A stretch of DNA of 64,000 nucleotides from an uncultured Verrucomicrobiae bacterium (lineage in GTDB: Bacteria > Verrucomicrobiota > Verrucomicrobiia > Limisphaerales > JAFGQR01): positions 64,001 through 128,000 of the forward strand of contig CAWBHS010000081.1 in NCBI GenBank assembly GCA_963788655.1, read 5' to 3'. Below, piece by piece: positions 42,061 through 52,767 of this stretch (its first letter is position 1; every line of letters begins with the position of its first letter). The notes under the pieces were generated by a model, which searched no databases, was not told where the DNA came from, and saw nothing but the letters and a program-made list of their open reading frames with translations. The position numbers and the translations under genes were made by a program.

Positions 42061-42687
42061 TCAACGACGCGCCGGCGAAGGCTCACTGACTGCCGAAGCC
42101 CCCTTGTTTTTGCGGCCTGCCCAGGCCGCCTGCCAGCGCCGCAGGACTTGCACAAACACCCGGTCGGCGCGCCGATTGAAGACCCCCACCACCGAATGGC
42201 CGAGTCGCAAAGGCAGAACCAGGCAGGCGAACATGAGCACGACGGAGATCAACCGGTTGGGCCAACCGTCCAGTTGCCATTGACCCGACCAGACCCACAT
42301 CGGTGTTTTGGTCCAAGGCGCAAGGTAGTAAATGGGCCACAAATCACTCGGTGAAGGACCACGCGAACCGATCAGATCGCAGAACAGGTGAACGTGAAAC
42401 ACCGCCAGCGCCATCAAGCCCACGCGCCAGTGCTTTCGGGCCAGCAAACCAAATAGCACGGCCATGGCCAGTCCGCCCAGGATGCCGTGCAGCAGGAAAT
42501 GATGGTATTGACCGTAATACCAGGTTTCCTCGCGGCCCAACGCGCGGTTGGTCAGATCGACGAGCAACCCGGCGCCATCGAGATCGGGCAGCACGCCGGC
42601 CAAGGTCACCAACCGGCAATCGCGGGGATTGTCGGTCGTCTTGGCAGCGATCAGCCAACTGGCAAAGAGATGGGTCACGGGCGACAT
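42061..42687 (-). CDS. Membrane-bound metal-dependent hydrolase (YdjM-like)
   Basis: MSPVTH, LPDLD, HH..LH, HVHLFCD motifs with TM helices. Confidence 0.8.
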   Translation of the reverse strand: MSPVTHLFASWLIAAKTTDNPRDCRLVTLAGVLPDLDGAGLLVDLTNRALGREETWYYGQYHHFLLHGILGGLAMAVLFGLLARKHWRVGLMALAVFHVHLFCDLIGSRGPSPSDLWPIYYLAPWTKTPMWVWSGQWQLDGWPNRLISVVLMFACLVLPLRLGHSVVGVFNRRADRVFVQVLRRWQAAWAGRKNKGASAVSEPSPARR

Positions 42688-42730
42688 CTGCGTAGAGCAT
42701 CGGCCGCCACCAACCGGGAATCAAGCGGGC

Positions 42731-42904
42731 GGTTCGGAGTCCCGCCTTTGAGCGTGACTATTCAGTAGGACAGGCGTCCCGCCTGTCTCGGACGACCGCA
42801 AACCATCGACTTGTACGGCGCCGCCTCATCGATGCACCAGTCACTGCACACATACGGTTTAGGCGGTTTGGGCGCCGGGCCGCCTAAAGGCGGGACTCCA
42901 AACG
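42731..42904. repeat. Nested REP-like elements
   Basis: Outer arms ttcggagtcccgccttt / aaaggcgggactccaaa enclose a GTAG-GACAGGCG-TCC-CGCCTGTC hairpin at 42765-42787. Confidence 0.7.
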
Positions 42905-43021
42905 AGTGTTTCAAGCCGCCGATTAGAGGGCCGCCACCCACCTCAGACCAAGTGAGTTAAAAATCGCACATTCAGTTTTACAGCGCCGCCGCAATTCGTT
43001 ACACATCGCACCCCATTGACA

Positions 43022-45301
43022 ATGCACGAAAAATACGTAGCCAAAATCGCCGCCGAACTGAAGGTGCAGCCGCACCAAGTCGCCGCCACAGCGCGGTTGT
43101 TTGCCGATGGCGCCACGGTTCCTTTCATTGCCCGCTACCGCAAGGAAGCCACCGGCTCGTTGGACGAAGTCGCCATCACGACCATTCGCGAACGCCTGCT
43201 GAGCCTAACCGAATTGGACCAGCGCCGGGAGGCCATCCTCAAGTCCCTCGAGGAACGCAACCTTTTGACCGATGCCTTGAAAGCCGCAATCACCAAGGCC
43301 GAAACCCTGACCGCGCTCGAAGACATTTACCAACCGTATCGCCCCAAGCGCCGCACCCGTGCAACGATCGCCCGGGAGCAAGGACTGGAACCGCTGGCGG
43401 ACTTGCTGTTCAACCACCAGAACACCACGGATCTGGCCGGCGAAGCACAAAAATTTGTAAACACGGAAAAGGGCGTCGAGTCGTGGGAAAAGGCGTTGGC
43501 CGGCGCGCGCGACATCATCGCCGAACGCGTGAGCGACGATGCCCGGGCCCGCAAGCAACTGCGCGAGTTGTTGTGGGCGCAGGGCGCGGCCCGCTCGAAG
43601 GTGGTGCCGGGCAAGGAGGAGGAAGGCGCCAAGTTCAAGGACTACTTCGAATGGAATGAACCCGTGAGCAAGATGCCAAGCCATCGCCTGCTGGCCATTC
43701 GCCGGGGCGAAGCCGAAGGGGTGTTGATGCTGCGGATCAGCGCTCCCGAAGACGAAGCGCTATCCAGGATCGAGCCGTTGTTTGTCACCGGCCAAGGTCC
43801 GGCGGCGGAACAAGTGCGGCTGGCAGTGCAGGACAGTTACAAGCGGCTTTTGGGACCGGCCATCGAAGTCGAAGTGCGACTCGAATCCAAGAAACGCGCC
43901 GATGCCGAGGCCATCCGGGTATTCGCCGAGAATATCCGGGAATTGCTGCTGACGCCGCCGTTGGGCCGCAAGAACGTGCTGGCCATTGATCCGGGTTTTC
44001 GCACCGGCTGCAAAGTGGTTTGTCTCGACCGCCAGAGTAAGCTGTTGCAGCACGAGGTGGTTTATCCGTCCGGATCGGTCAACGAAATGCGCGAAGCGGC
44101 GGAGACACTGAAGGGATTGGTCCGCCAGTTCAATATCGAGGCCATCGCGATCGGCAACGGTACCGCCAGCCGCGAAACCGAAACCTTCGTTCGCCAGATC
44201 GGCATTCCGTCCACCATTCCCGTCGTGATGGTCAACGAGAGTGGCGCGTCGATCTACTCCGCTTCCGAGGTTGCGCGCGAAGAATTCCCCACCCATGACC
44301 TCACCGTGCGCGGCGCGGTGTCGATTGGCCGCCGGCTCATGGATCCGTTGGCGGAACTGGTAAAACTCGATCCCAAGTCGATTGGCGTCGGGCAGTACCA
44401 GCATGATGTCGATCAACCCGCGCTCAAACGGAGTCTCGATGACGTGGTCGTCAGTTGTGTCAACGGCGTGGGGGTGGAACTCAACACCGCCAGCAAACAA
44501 TTGCTCAGTTACGTCTCTGGACTCGGACCGGTACTGGCGGGCAACATTGTGGCGTACCGAAATGAAAACGGGCCGTTCCGTTCGCGCGCCGAATTAAAAA
44601 AGGTGCCGCGTCTCGGTCCCAAGGCCTTCGAGCAGGCAGCCGGTTTCCTGCGTCTGCGCGACGGCAAACAACCGCTCGACGCCAGCGCGGTGCATCCGGA
44701 AAGCTACGGTCTTGTGGACGCCATGGCCCGGGATTTGAACTGCACGGTCACCGATTTGATGCGCGACGGTGACCTGCGTCAAAAAATTCAGTTGCAATCC
44801 TACGTCACCAACGCCGTCGGGATGCCCACGCTGAACGACATTATGGCGGAGCTGGCCAAACCGGGCCGGGATCCGCGCCAGCAATTCGAAGTGTTCACCT
44901 TCCAGGAAGGCGTGGCGAAGATGGACGATCTCAAGCCCGGCATGAAACTGCCCGGCATTGTTACCAATGTTACTGCCTTCGGTGCCTTTGTCGATATTGG
45001 CGTCCACCAGGATGGTCTGGTGCATGTCAGCCAGCTTGCCGACCGTTTTGTAAAGAACCCGGCCGAAGTGGTGAAGGTTCATCAAAAGGTCATGGTGACG
45101 GTGACGGACGTGGACATTCCACGCAAACGCATCGCGCTTTCGATGCGGACCAATCCCGAACTTGGACCCAGCGCCACTGGGAAAACGTCGCCCGCCGCCA
45201 CTGGACGCCCGGGGCCTAAACCGCCTGACCGTTCCGCCGCTGCCAAACCCGTGGATTGGTTCACCGAGGCGCTGAATCGTTCGCAGAAGGGGCGGAACTG
45301 A
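43022..45301 (+). CDS. tex: Tex RNA-binding transcriptional accessory protein
   Basis: GATVPFIARYRKEATG, AIDPGFRTGCK, IGNGTASRET, VNESGASIYSAS, IGVGQYQHDV, C-terminal S1 domain (FGAFVDIGVHQDGLVH). Confidence 0.96.
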   Translation: MHEKYVAKIAAELKVQPHQVAATARLFADGATVPFIARYRKEATGSLDEVAITTIRERLLSLTELDQRREAILKSLEERNLLTDALKAAITKAETLTALEDIYQPYRPKRRTRATIAREQGLEPLADLLFNHQNTTDLAGEAQKFVNTEKGVESWEKALAGARDIIAERVSDDARARKQLRELLWAQGAARSKVVPGKEEEGAKFKDYFEWNEPVSKMPSHRLLAIRRGEAEGVLMLRISAPEDEALSRIEPLFVTGQGPAAEQVRLAVQDSYKRLLGPAIEVEVRLESKKRADAEAIRVFAENIRELLLTPPLGRKNVLAIDPGFRTGCKVVCLDRQSKLLQHEVVYPSGSVNEMREAAETLKGLVRQFNIEAIAIGNGTASRETETFVRQIGIPSTIPVVMVNESGASIYSASEVAREEFPTHDLTVRGAVSIGRRLMDPLAELVKLDPKSIGVGQYQHDVDQPALKRSLDDVVVSCVNGVGVELNTASKQLLSYVSGLGPVLAGNIVAYRNENGPFRSRAELKKVPRLGPKAFEQAAGFLRLRDGKQPLDASAVHPESYGLVDAMARDLNCTVTDLMRDGDLRQKIQLQSYVTNAVGMPTLNDIMAELAKPGRDPRQQFEVFTFQEGVAKMDDLKPGMKLPGIVTNVTAFGAFVDIGVHQDGLVHVSQLADRFVKNPAEVVKVHQKVMVTVTDVDIPRKRIALSMRTNPELGPSATGKTSPAATGRPGPKPPDRSAAAKPVDWFTEALNRSQKGRN

Positions 45302-45482
45302 GCCAAGCCAGCCCGACTTTCTCTCCGCAAACACGATTGGCCGCCAGGGCGTGGGGAACGCGGATGCCGTCGTCCGCATGGGGAAACGACCCTCAGGATT
45401 GAACGCGCCAAGAATGAAGGACGGTGTTTCCACCGTCCTTCCTCAGGAAGCGCCGCCAGTGGCGCGGTTGGGGGTTGGCAGC

Positions 45483-48400
45483 TTAAAGCGGCTTGTGCAG
45501 CCGATAGAATTTCTGACCAGTTGCCGGCGTCACCATGGCCGGGCTGGTGGTCGAGACTGTGCGCCATTCCGTGGCGGGTAAGGTCGTCGGCTTCTTCGAG
45601 CACAAACGCGCTGTCGCCCCAGGCCAGGACGAGTTGTCCCTCAAATTGCGCGTGGTAAAGCGATTGTGGTGCGGACACCGGTGCCGCGATGCCGATCAGT
45701 TGCAGGTCGAAACTGATGTCCGAACTGCCGCCTTCATCTTGATGAACCTCCACCGCCACCACGTTGTCGCCCGACTGCAAGGCCTCGGGCGAGAGGCTGG
45801 TTTGCAGCGTGTAGTTGTCGCCCAGGCCCGCGAGCGACGGGGTGGTGTAGGTGATCGTTCCCCCCGGCATGTTGCACCGAAAGACGTCACTCCCGTTGAG
45901 GTACACCACCGCTCCGTCGTCGAATAAAACCGACAATTCCAAAGAACTGTATCTGGTTATATCGCTTACCGTCAGTGCGCTTCGAAAGTAGGTCGTGATG
46001 TATTTGGCGTTGGAATTGCCGCCGTAGGAGACGACCGTGGCCTCGTCGCCGTCGCCATAACCCAACTGGGCCGGGCCGCTGGCCCAACCGCTGTCATTGA
46101 AGCCAAGCTGCTGCCAGGCGGTGCCCTGGTTCGAGCCGTTGTCCAGGTATTTCCAGCGCGAGCCCCAGGCAACCAACGTCTCGTCCGGACCTGGCGGCAA
46201 CGTTGGAATGACGCGCACCAACCACATGGTCGTCTCACCGGTCAGGGGCGCGCCGACGGGATTGCTCAACTGGAGGCGCAACAGGTCGTATTGTCCCACA
46301 GCCACGGTAGGCAGAGCCAGCAGCGCCGAAGTCTGGCCTTCAGGAAACTCGAACGTGCCATTGGTAAGCACGCCGTTGGCGTCGGCGAGTTCAAACTCCA
46401 CACTGATGCCGGCTGGGGCCGGGCTACCCAAGGCAAGGGCAATGCCGTTCGTCAAATTGTCCACGTCCTGTTGGTTGCCGCTGCCCGCAAAGCTCAGCGC
46501 CAGGGGTGGATTGGTGAAACTGATTATGGTGGTGCCGGTCCAGGTAGCGCCGACGGGATTGCTGAGGGTGACGTCCACCTGATCGTAGTCGAAGGGGTTG
46601 ATGTTCTGGGGCAGAAGCGAGTGCCAGGTTTCCGGTGGGTCGAATACAAAGGTGCCGGTTTCCAGGACCTCGCCGCCGGCGGCATATTCATAGTCCACCC
46701 TCACCAGACCGGCGGACGGCTGGTTGAGCCAAATGAACACCCCTTGCGTTAGACGACGACCCGGCTCCACCGCGCCGGTGACGCCCCCCAACAACATTTG
46801 TGGCGTACTGACACTGCCTTGGAAGGTGACAGTATCCAGGCCGGTTAATTCGCTATGAATCGGATTACTCAAGGCGAGATGAATGGTCGGGTAATTGGGC
46901 ACTAGAAAGCCGGTCGGGTAAATGCGTTTCACCGTTTCGCCCGGATCGAACGTCAGCGTGCCGGTGGCCAAGAGGTTGGCGCTGTCGTCGGTGAACGCAT
47001 AGTCCACGCTGACGACGTTCGTCGTAAATGAACTCAACCGGACCGGGACACCGTCCCGCAGCGTGCTCATGGCCATGGGATCGCTCCATATTGCCAGGGC
47101 CATGCCGACGGGGGCATCGAGCGGTATGTTCATGAAATTCGTCAATCGCCAGGCATCCGTCTCGGCGTTCCAGACGAGGTTGCTGGGATGATACGGCGTC
47201 GGGACGCTGAGCCAGTTGCTGCGGATGTCCATCTGGTTGGTGCGCCAGATCCAGCCGGTCGAACCGCTCTGCCAGTTCAGGCCCCAGACGTCATGCAGGT
47301 TGTGAATCAGAATGCTGTTCGAGGCCCACATAAAGCCGTTGTACGTCCAGTCGTAATTGTCGCCGAACCGCACGCCGACCAGGTTGCCCGTCGCCAGACA
47401 GCGATCTACGCGTCCGGTTGGGGCGTCATAGCCGTCCTCAATACCCTGACCGCAGTTGAGGAACACACTGCCGTAGTGATGCACGTCCTTGCCGGTGCCG
47501 GAAAGCGAATTGCCTTCGTGAAGAATCGAATCAAACCAGCAATCCTGGAAGTTCAGCCGGCCGGAGCCGCCGCCGCCCGAATCGACCCCATCATCCTTGG
47601 TCCAGCCAAACAACGTGTTGGTGAAGCCGTGCGCCTGTCCCGGCAGCGCCTCGGTGATGTACAGGCCGTCATTGTCGCCATCGACAAAATCCGGCGATTC
47701 ATCGCGCGTCAAGTCATCGCCAAACTCGATGAAAGCGCTGTCATGCACGTTGAAGTTGGCCTGGGAATATTCACCTCCCGTTATGCACCGCTGCACCAGG
47801 GTACGAGTCAGGGTGATCTGATACGAATAGCTGCCGCCGTCGGCGCCATGGCTGAATTGGCCGTGGAGGTACATCGCGGCACAGTCGGTGAGCGACAGGT
47901 CGCAATTGGCGCCTTGGAGTGAAATCAAGGCCTGCTGGCCGCGATGGCTGCCAATGTTGTAAAGGCCGCTCGAACATTCATGCCCATTGAACCAGCAATC
48001 CCGATAGCCGCTGCCGGTGAAAATAGCGCCGGTGGCGGTGAAACTGGCGTTGTCGGCGTGCTGGATAAAGCCGCCCCAGTATTGACCGACGGCCGCGGGC
48101 ATGAAGACCACTGGACGATCGGCGGTGCCGTTGATCACGATGTGCCCGGCATTGTTGATGTCCTGGGCCGAGTTAATGATCACAATGGTTCCGGCGCCGA
48201 TGGTGAGCGTGCCGCCCGCGGAGATGCTCAAGCTGGAAATGACGTGGATGCGCGAATTCTCCGGCCAGACGGTGCTCGCCGCCAGGCTGCCGGAGATCAG
48301 CGTCCAGGCAGGGGCATTTTCCAACGTGATCGTTTTGCTGGCAGGCAGCCCGCCGACCTGCGGGCTGTACTCGAGGGAACCCGCCGCCGGGACGGCATCC

Positions 48401-48960
48401 AGAAACCCGGAGCCAACCCCGCGTCGGATGTTAATGTCGGGATGACCGGCAGCCGTCAACACGCCATTGGCCCGCACGGCATGACCTTCACCGTTTTCCA
48501 TCCACGCCACCACCGGGATCGGGTAGCCGGTCGGAAAATCCTGTGGGGCGATCAATCGCACATGCGTCCCGGCAAACTCAGCCGGCGTGCTCGCGATGGT
48601 TGGATACGGTGTCCAGGGTGGCAAACCATTTTCACTGCCATTGCGGGCGGTGGCTTCCACGATGAACCGAATGGGCGGATTGGTTACGTTGCCGGAAGCG
48701 GCGCTGGAGGCCCGGACATTCAGTTCGTGATACCCTGGCTCGTTGACCGTGATCGGGACATCGGTGGGAATCGGGTTGGTGTCCAGCAGCGTCCAATAAC
48801 TGTAACCGGGTTGGGCGTTGACCGTGAAGGTCACGCTATTGGCATAATTGTAATGCCGGTCTTGCAAGCCCGTGATGTTGAACTGGGCGCGTCCGTTTGA
48901 CACGCCCGCCAGCATCGCGAGCCCGAGCACGGTGGTAAAACGACATTTCAGGTGCTTCAT
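45483..48960 (-). CDS. Large secreted protein (beta-helix-like core, C-terminal jelly-roll module, KFYRL tail), paralog A; +1 frameshift near 45580
   Basis: Signal peptide MKHLKCRFTTVLGLAMLAG; DDGVDSG, RFGDNYDW; WKYLDNGSNQGTAW..GPAQLGYGDGDE..AVEVHQ..SSDISFD module. Alignment with paralog B restores QKFYRLHKPL* ending at 45483. Confidence 0.8.
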
Positions 48961-49002
48961 AAATCGAGTCTTCGAGCTGCGAAGGGCGGCTCTCACCTGC
49001 GG

Positions 49003-52000
49003 TTACTGTTTGTGTAGTCGGTAAAACTTTTGGCCGGGCGCAGCAGTCACCATGGCTGGACTGGTGGCCGAGACGGTGCGCCACTCGGTGGCGGGTAGCT
49101 CGTCAGCCTCTTCGAGAGCGTAGGTCACATCGCCCCAGGCCAGAACGAGTTGACCGTCGAATTGCGCGTGGTAAAGCGATTGCGGTGCGGACACCGGTGC
49201 CGCGATGCCGATCAGTTGTAGATCAAAACTAATGTCCGAACTGCCGCCTTCGTCTTGATGCACCTCGACGGCCACGACATTGTCGCCCGGCTGCAACGCC
49301 TGTGGCGACAGACTGGTTTGCAGCGTGTAGTTGTCGCCCAGGCCCGCGAGCGACGGGGTGGTGTAGGTGATCGTTCCCCCCGGCATGTTGCACCGAAAGA
49401 CGTCATTCCCGTTGAGGTACACCACCGCTCCGTCGTCGAATAAAACCGACAATTCCAAAGAACTGTATCTGGTTATATCGCTTACCGTCAGTGCGCTTCG
49501 AAAGTAGGTCGTAATGTATTTGGCGTTGGAATTGCCGCCGTAGGAGACGACCGTGGCCTCGTCGCCGTCGCCATAACCCAACTGGGCCGGGCCGCTGGCC
49601 CAACCGCTGTCATTGAAGCCAAGCTGCTGCCAGGCGGTGCCCTGGTTCGAGCCGTTGTCCAGGTATTTCCAGCGCGAGCCCCAGGCAACCAACGTCTCGT
49701 CCGGACCTGGCGGCAACGTTGGAATGACGCGCACCAACCACATGGTCGTCTCACCGGTCAGGGGCGCGCCGACGGGATTGCTCAACTGGAGGCGCAACAG
49801 GTCGTATTGTCCCACAGCCACGGTAGGCAGGGCCAGCAGTGCGCTGAGTTTGCCCTTCAGGAAACTCGAACGTGCCGTTGGTGAGCACGCCGTTGGCGTC
49901 GGCGAGTTGGAAGTCCACAGTGACGCCGCTGGGGGCCGGACTGGACAAAGTCAGGGCCATGCCGTTGGTAAGGTTGTCCAGATCTTGTTGGTTGCCACTG
50001 GCGGCAAAGCTCAACCCCAAAGGCGGATTGGTGAAACTGATTATGGTGGTGCCGGTCCAGGTGGCGCCGACGGGATTGCTGAGGGTCACATCGACCTGGT
50101 CGTAATCAAACGGATTGATCGTTTGGGGCAGAAGTGAGTGCCAGGTTTCCGGTGGGTTGAATACGAAGGTGCCGGTTTCCAAGATCTCGCCGCCGGCGGC
50201 ATATTCATAGTCCACACTCACCAGACCGGCGGATGGTTGGCTGAGCCAGAGGAACACGCCTTGCGTTAGACGACGACCCGGCTCCACCGCGCCGGTGACA
50301 CCGCCCAACTGCATTTGCGGGGTGCTGACGCTGCCTTGATAGGTGACGGTGTCCAATCCGGTCAGTTCCCCATTTACCGGGCTGCTCAAAACGACGCGCA
50401 CGAAATTAGCGGACGGGAGAATGAAATCCGTGGCATAGATTCGTTTAACGGTTTCACCGGGAGCAAACGTCAGCGTGCCGGAAGCCAGCGGCGTATCGCC
50501 TGCATCCACCAGCGCGTAGCCCACGCTGACGGGGTTTGTGGTAAAGGAACTCAGGCGCACCGGCACGCCATCCACCAAGTCCGTCATGGAAAACTGGTTG
50601 GTCCATACGGCCAAGCCGATGCCCACCGGGGCGTTGGGCGAGGTGGTCATGAATTGGGCCAATTGCCAACCATCATCATCCGGATTCCAGACGGTGTTAT
50701 TGGGGAAGATCGGATCCGGGGCGGTCAGATAGTTGTCATGAAGGTCCATTTGATTGGAACGGTAGGTCCAGTCCGCCCAATTGCGGCCGAAAATATCCCG
50801 ATGATTGTAGAGCAGGAACGAATTGCTGACCTGCAGAAAACCGTTGTAGGTCCAGTCGTAATTATCCCCAAAGCGCGCCCCAACGGAATTGGCGAGGCTG
50901 AGCAGATTGCTCGCATAACAGAGGGGACTGTTGTTGCCTTCGCTCCAACCGCACTCGATGCCCTGCCCACAATTGATCAGCACCGAATCGTAATTCTCCA
51001 TGACGTGCGCCCCGCCGGACCAAGCGAGGGCTTCGTGCAGGGCGGCTTCGATCCAGCAATTACTGACCAGCACCGTTCCCGGGTCGGCGGAGGATCCGCA
51101 ATCGATCGCATCATCTTTTGAGAAACCGATCAAGCTGTTGACGAGGACATGAGTGCCGCCCGTGAAGTAAATGGTGTCGTAATCAGCGTCCGCGATGGCG
51201 GCGTCAATGTAGTAACTGTTCTCGTCCGGGTATTCAATAAGAGCCGAATGATTGATAATGTGAGTGCCCCCGGAATACTCGCCCGCCGTGATTGCTCGTT
51301 GCAGCAAACAGTGATCGTAAACCACGGTGCAATTGTGACCATTGCCCACCTGACCGGCCGTGTTGATGATGGCGCAATTGGTCAGGTACGCCTCGGCGCC
51401 GTTATAGATGAACAGTAGCGGTTGTTCGCTCCGGTGGTGCTCGCTGCTTTGGAAATTGAAACTCGTGGCGCCGCCCCCGCCAAACATAATTGTGCCGTTG
51501 GCCACCAACCGCGCCGCCGACCCCTCCAAAAGAAAACCACCCCACGCATACGTGGGTTGCTCCGGGGCCACCGGCCCGGTGGCCGCGAACACCACGGGTT
51601 GCGCCTGAGTTCCATTGATCACGACCTGGGCACTGGAATTGACATTAATATCAACGAGCGGGTTGAGCTTCACCACGGTTCCCGCCCCGATGGTCAAAGT
51701 CGATCCCGTGGGGATGGTAATATCGCCGGTCAAATAGATCCGCGAATTATCAGGCCAGGTGGTTTGGCCGGACAGTGTTCCGGAAACCAACGTCCAAGTT
51801 GTGCTCAGATCGGTATTCAAGGGCCGGTTAAACTGGGTCGAGTTCAGGTGGAACGTCAACGAGATCGGGTCGTTATCGGTAGCGGCTTTCAAGAGCACCG
51901 AGCCATGCCCACGCAGGAAGCGCAGAGTGTGCGTGGAGTAACCGGTAATGGTGGCGTCTCCATTGACGCGCTGTTCCACGCCCTGCCCATCGTCCAGCCA

Positions 52001-52447
52001 GCCGATGACCGGAATCTCCAATCCCTGGGGGTAGTTTTCCGGCATCATGAGGTGGACTTGAACGCCCGCAAACTCGCTTTCCGTGGAATTGATGAGGGGA
52101 TACGGGGTCCACTTGATAAGCCCCTTTTCCGGATTCCCGCGGTTGGACTGGATGATAAACCGGACCAATTGCGGCGTGGCTTCAGTGCCGGTGCTGGTCA
52201 CCACCCGGCGGATATAGATCTCGTGGTAATCTACCTTGCTAACGGTCACCGATACGTCGATGGGCACCGGATCGCCATCCAGCCAGGCCTCCAATTGATA
52301 TCCCGCCTGGGGCGGAACGCGGAAGGTAACAGGATTGCTGGTGGTGGTGCGGTCACTCACGCCAGTAACCTGGGCCGAAAGGGAAACGGCTGAAGCCGTG
52401 AGAATCAGACAAGACAACGCCAAACGAACTACTTTTTGGTGGAACAT
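49003..52447 (-). CDS. Large secreted protein, paralog B; +1 frameshift near 49846
   Basis: Signal peptide MFHQKVVRLALSCLIL; same domain order as paralog A; the two track ORFs join when one base is removed (PEGQTSALL); ends QKFYRLHKQ. Confidence 0.8.
49313..49836. repeat. Near-identical copy of 45797-46320
   Basis: Offset 3516; about 520 bp with about 3 mismatches, inside a roughly 1.3-kb high-identity block. Confidence 0.92.
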
Positions 52448-52529
52448 AGTAAGGGATTGATACCACTTATCCGCCCATTTGCACAGCAAAATATTGTGCC
52501 CGGAGAGGTTCGGGGGGGTATGTCGAGCA

Positions 52530-52640
52530 AATGCCCAATGACCAAACCCCAAGGACCAGAGAATGACCAATTCCCAATGCCCGGTTGCCGAGCCATTAGC
52601 GGATCTCGCTCTGAATGGGGCTTGGAATTTGGTCATTCGT
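52530..52640. repeat. Heptamer-based (AATGACC) inverted repeat element, copy 2
   Basis: aatgcccaatgaccaaaccccaaggaccagagaatgaccaattccc ... ggaatttggtcatt. Confidence 0.7.
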
Positions 52641-52661
52641 CGCTGGCCCTCGCATCCGATT

Positions 52662-52755
52662 CTGCCGGCAGGATGCCGGCAGGAGCCGTTGGCAAATCGG
52701 ACGCGACACGTTAATGAGACGTGCTGTCGGTAACTTCAGGACGCCGGCAGCACGT
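52662..52755. repeat. Two GC-rich REP-like hairpins
   Basis: ctgccggcaggatgccggcag and acgtgctgtcgg...gccggcagcacgt just downstream of the M28 gene stop. Confidence 0.55.
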
Positions 52756-52767
52756 TGGAGCAATCCG

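Noticed and set aside
45082..45482. C-terminal extension of ORF 45082-48996 overlapping tex
   Set aside because: Artefact of the +1 insertion near 45580; the paralog alignment puts the real stop at 45483.
45797..49836. DGR or IS-type repeat in the tandem paralogs
   Set aside because: The repeat lies in-frame within two homologous genes, with no RT, transposase or terminal inverted repeats.
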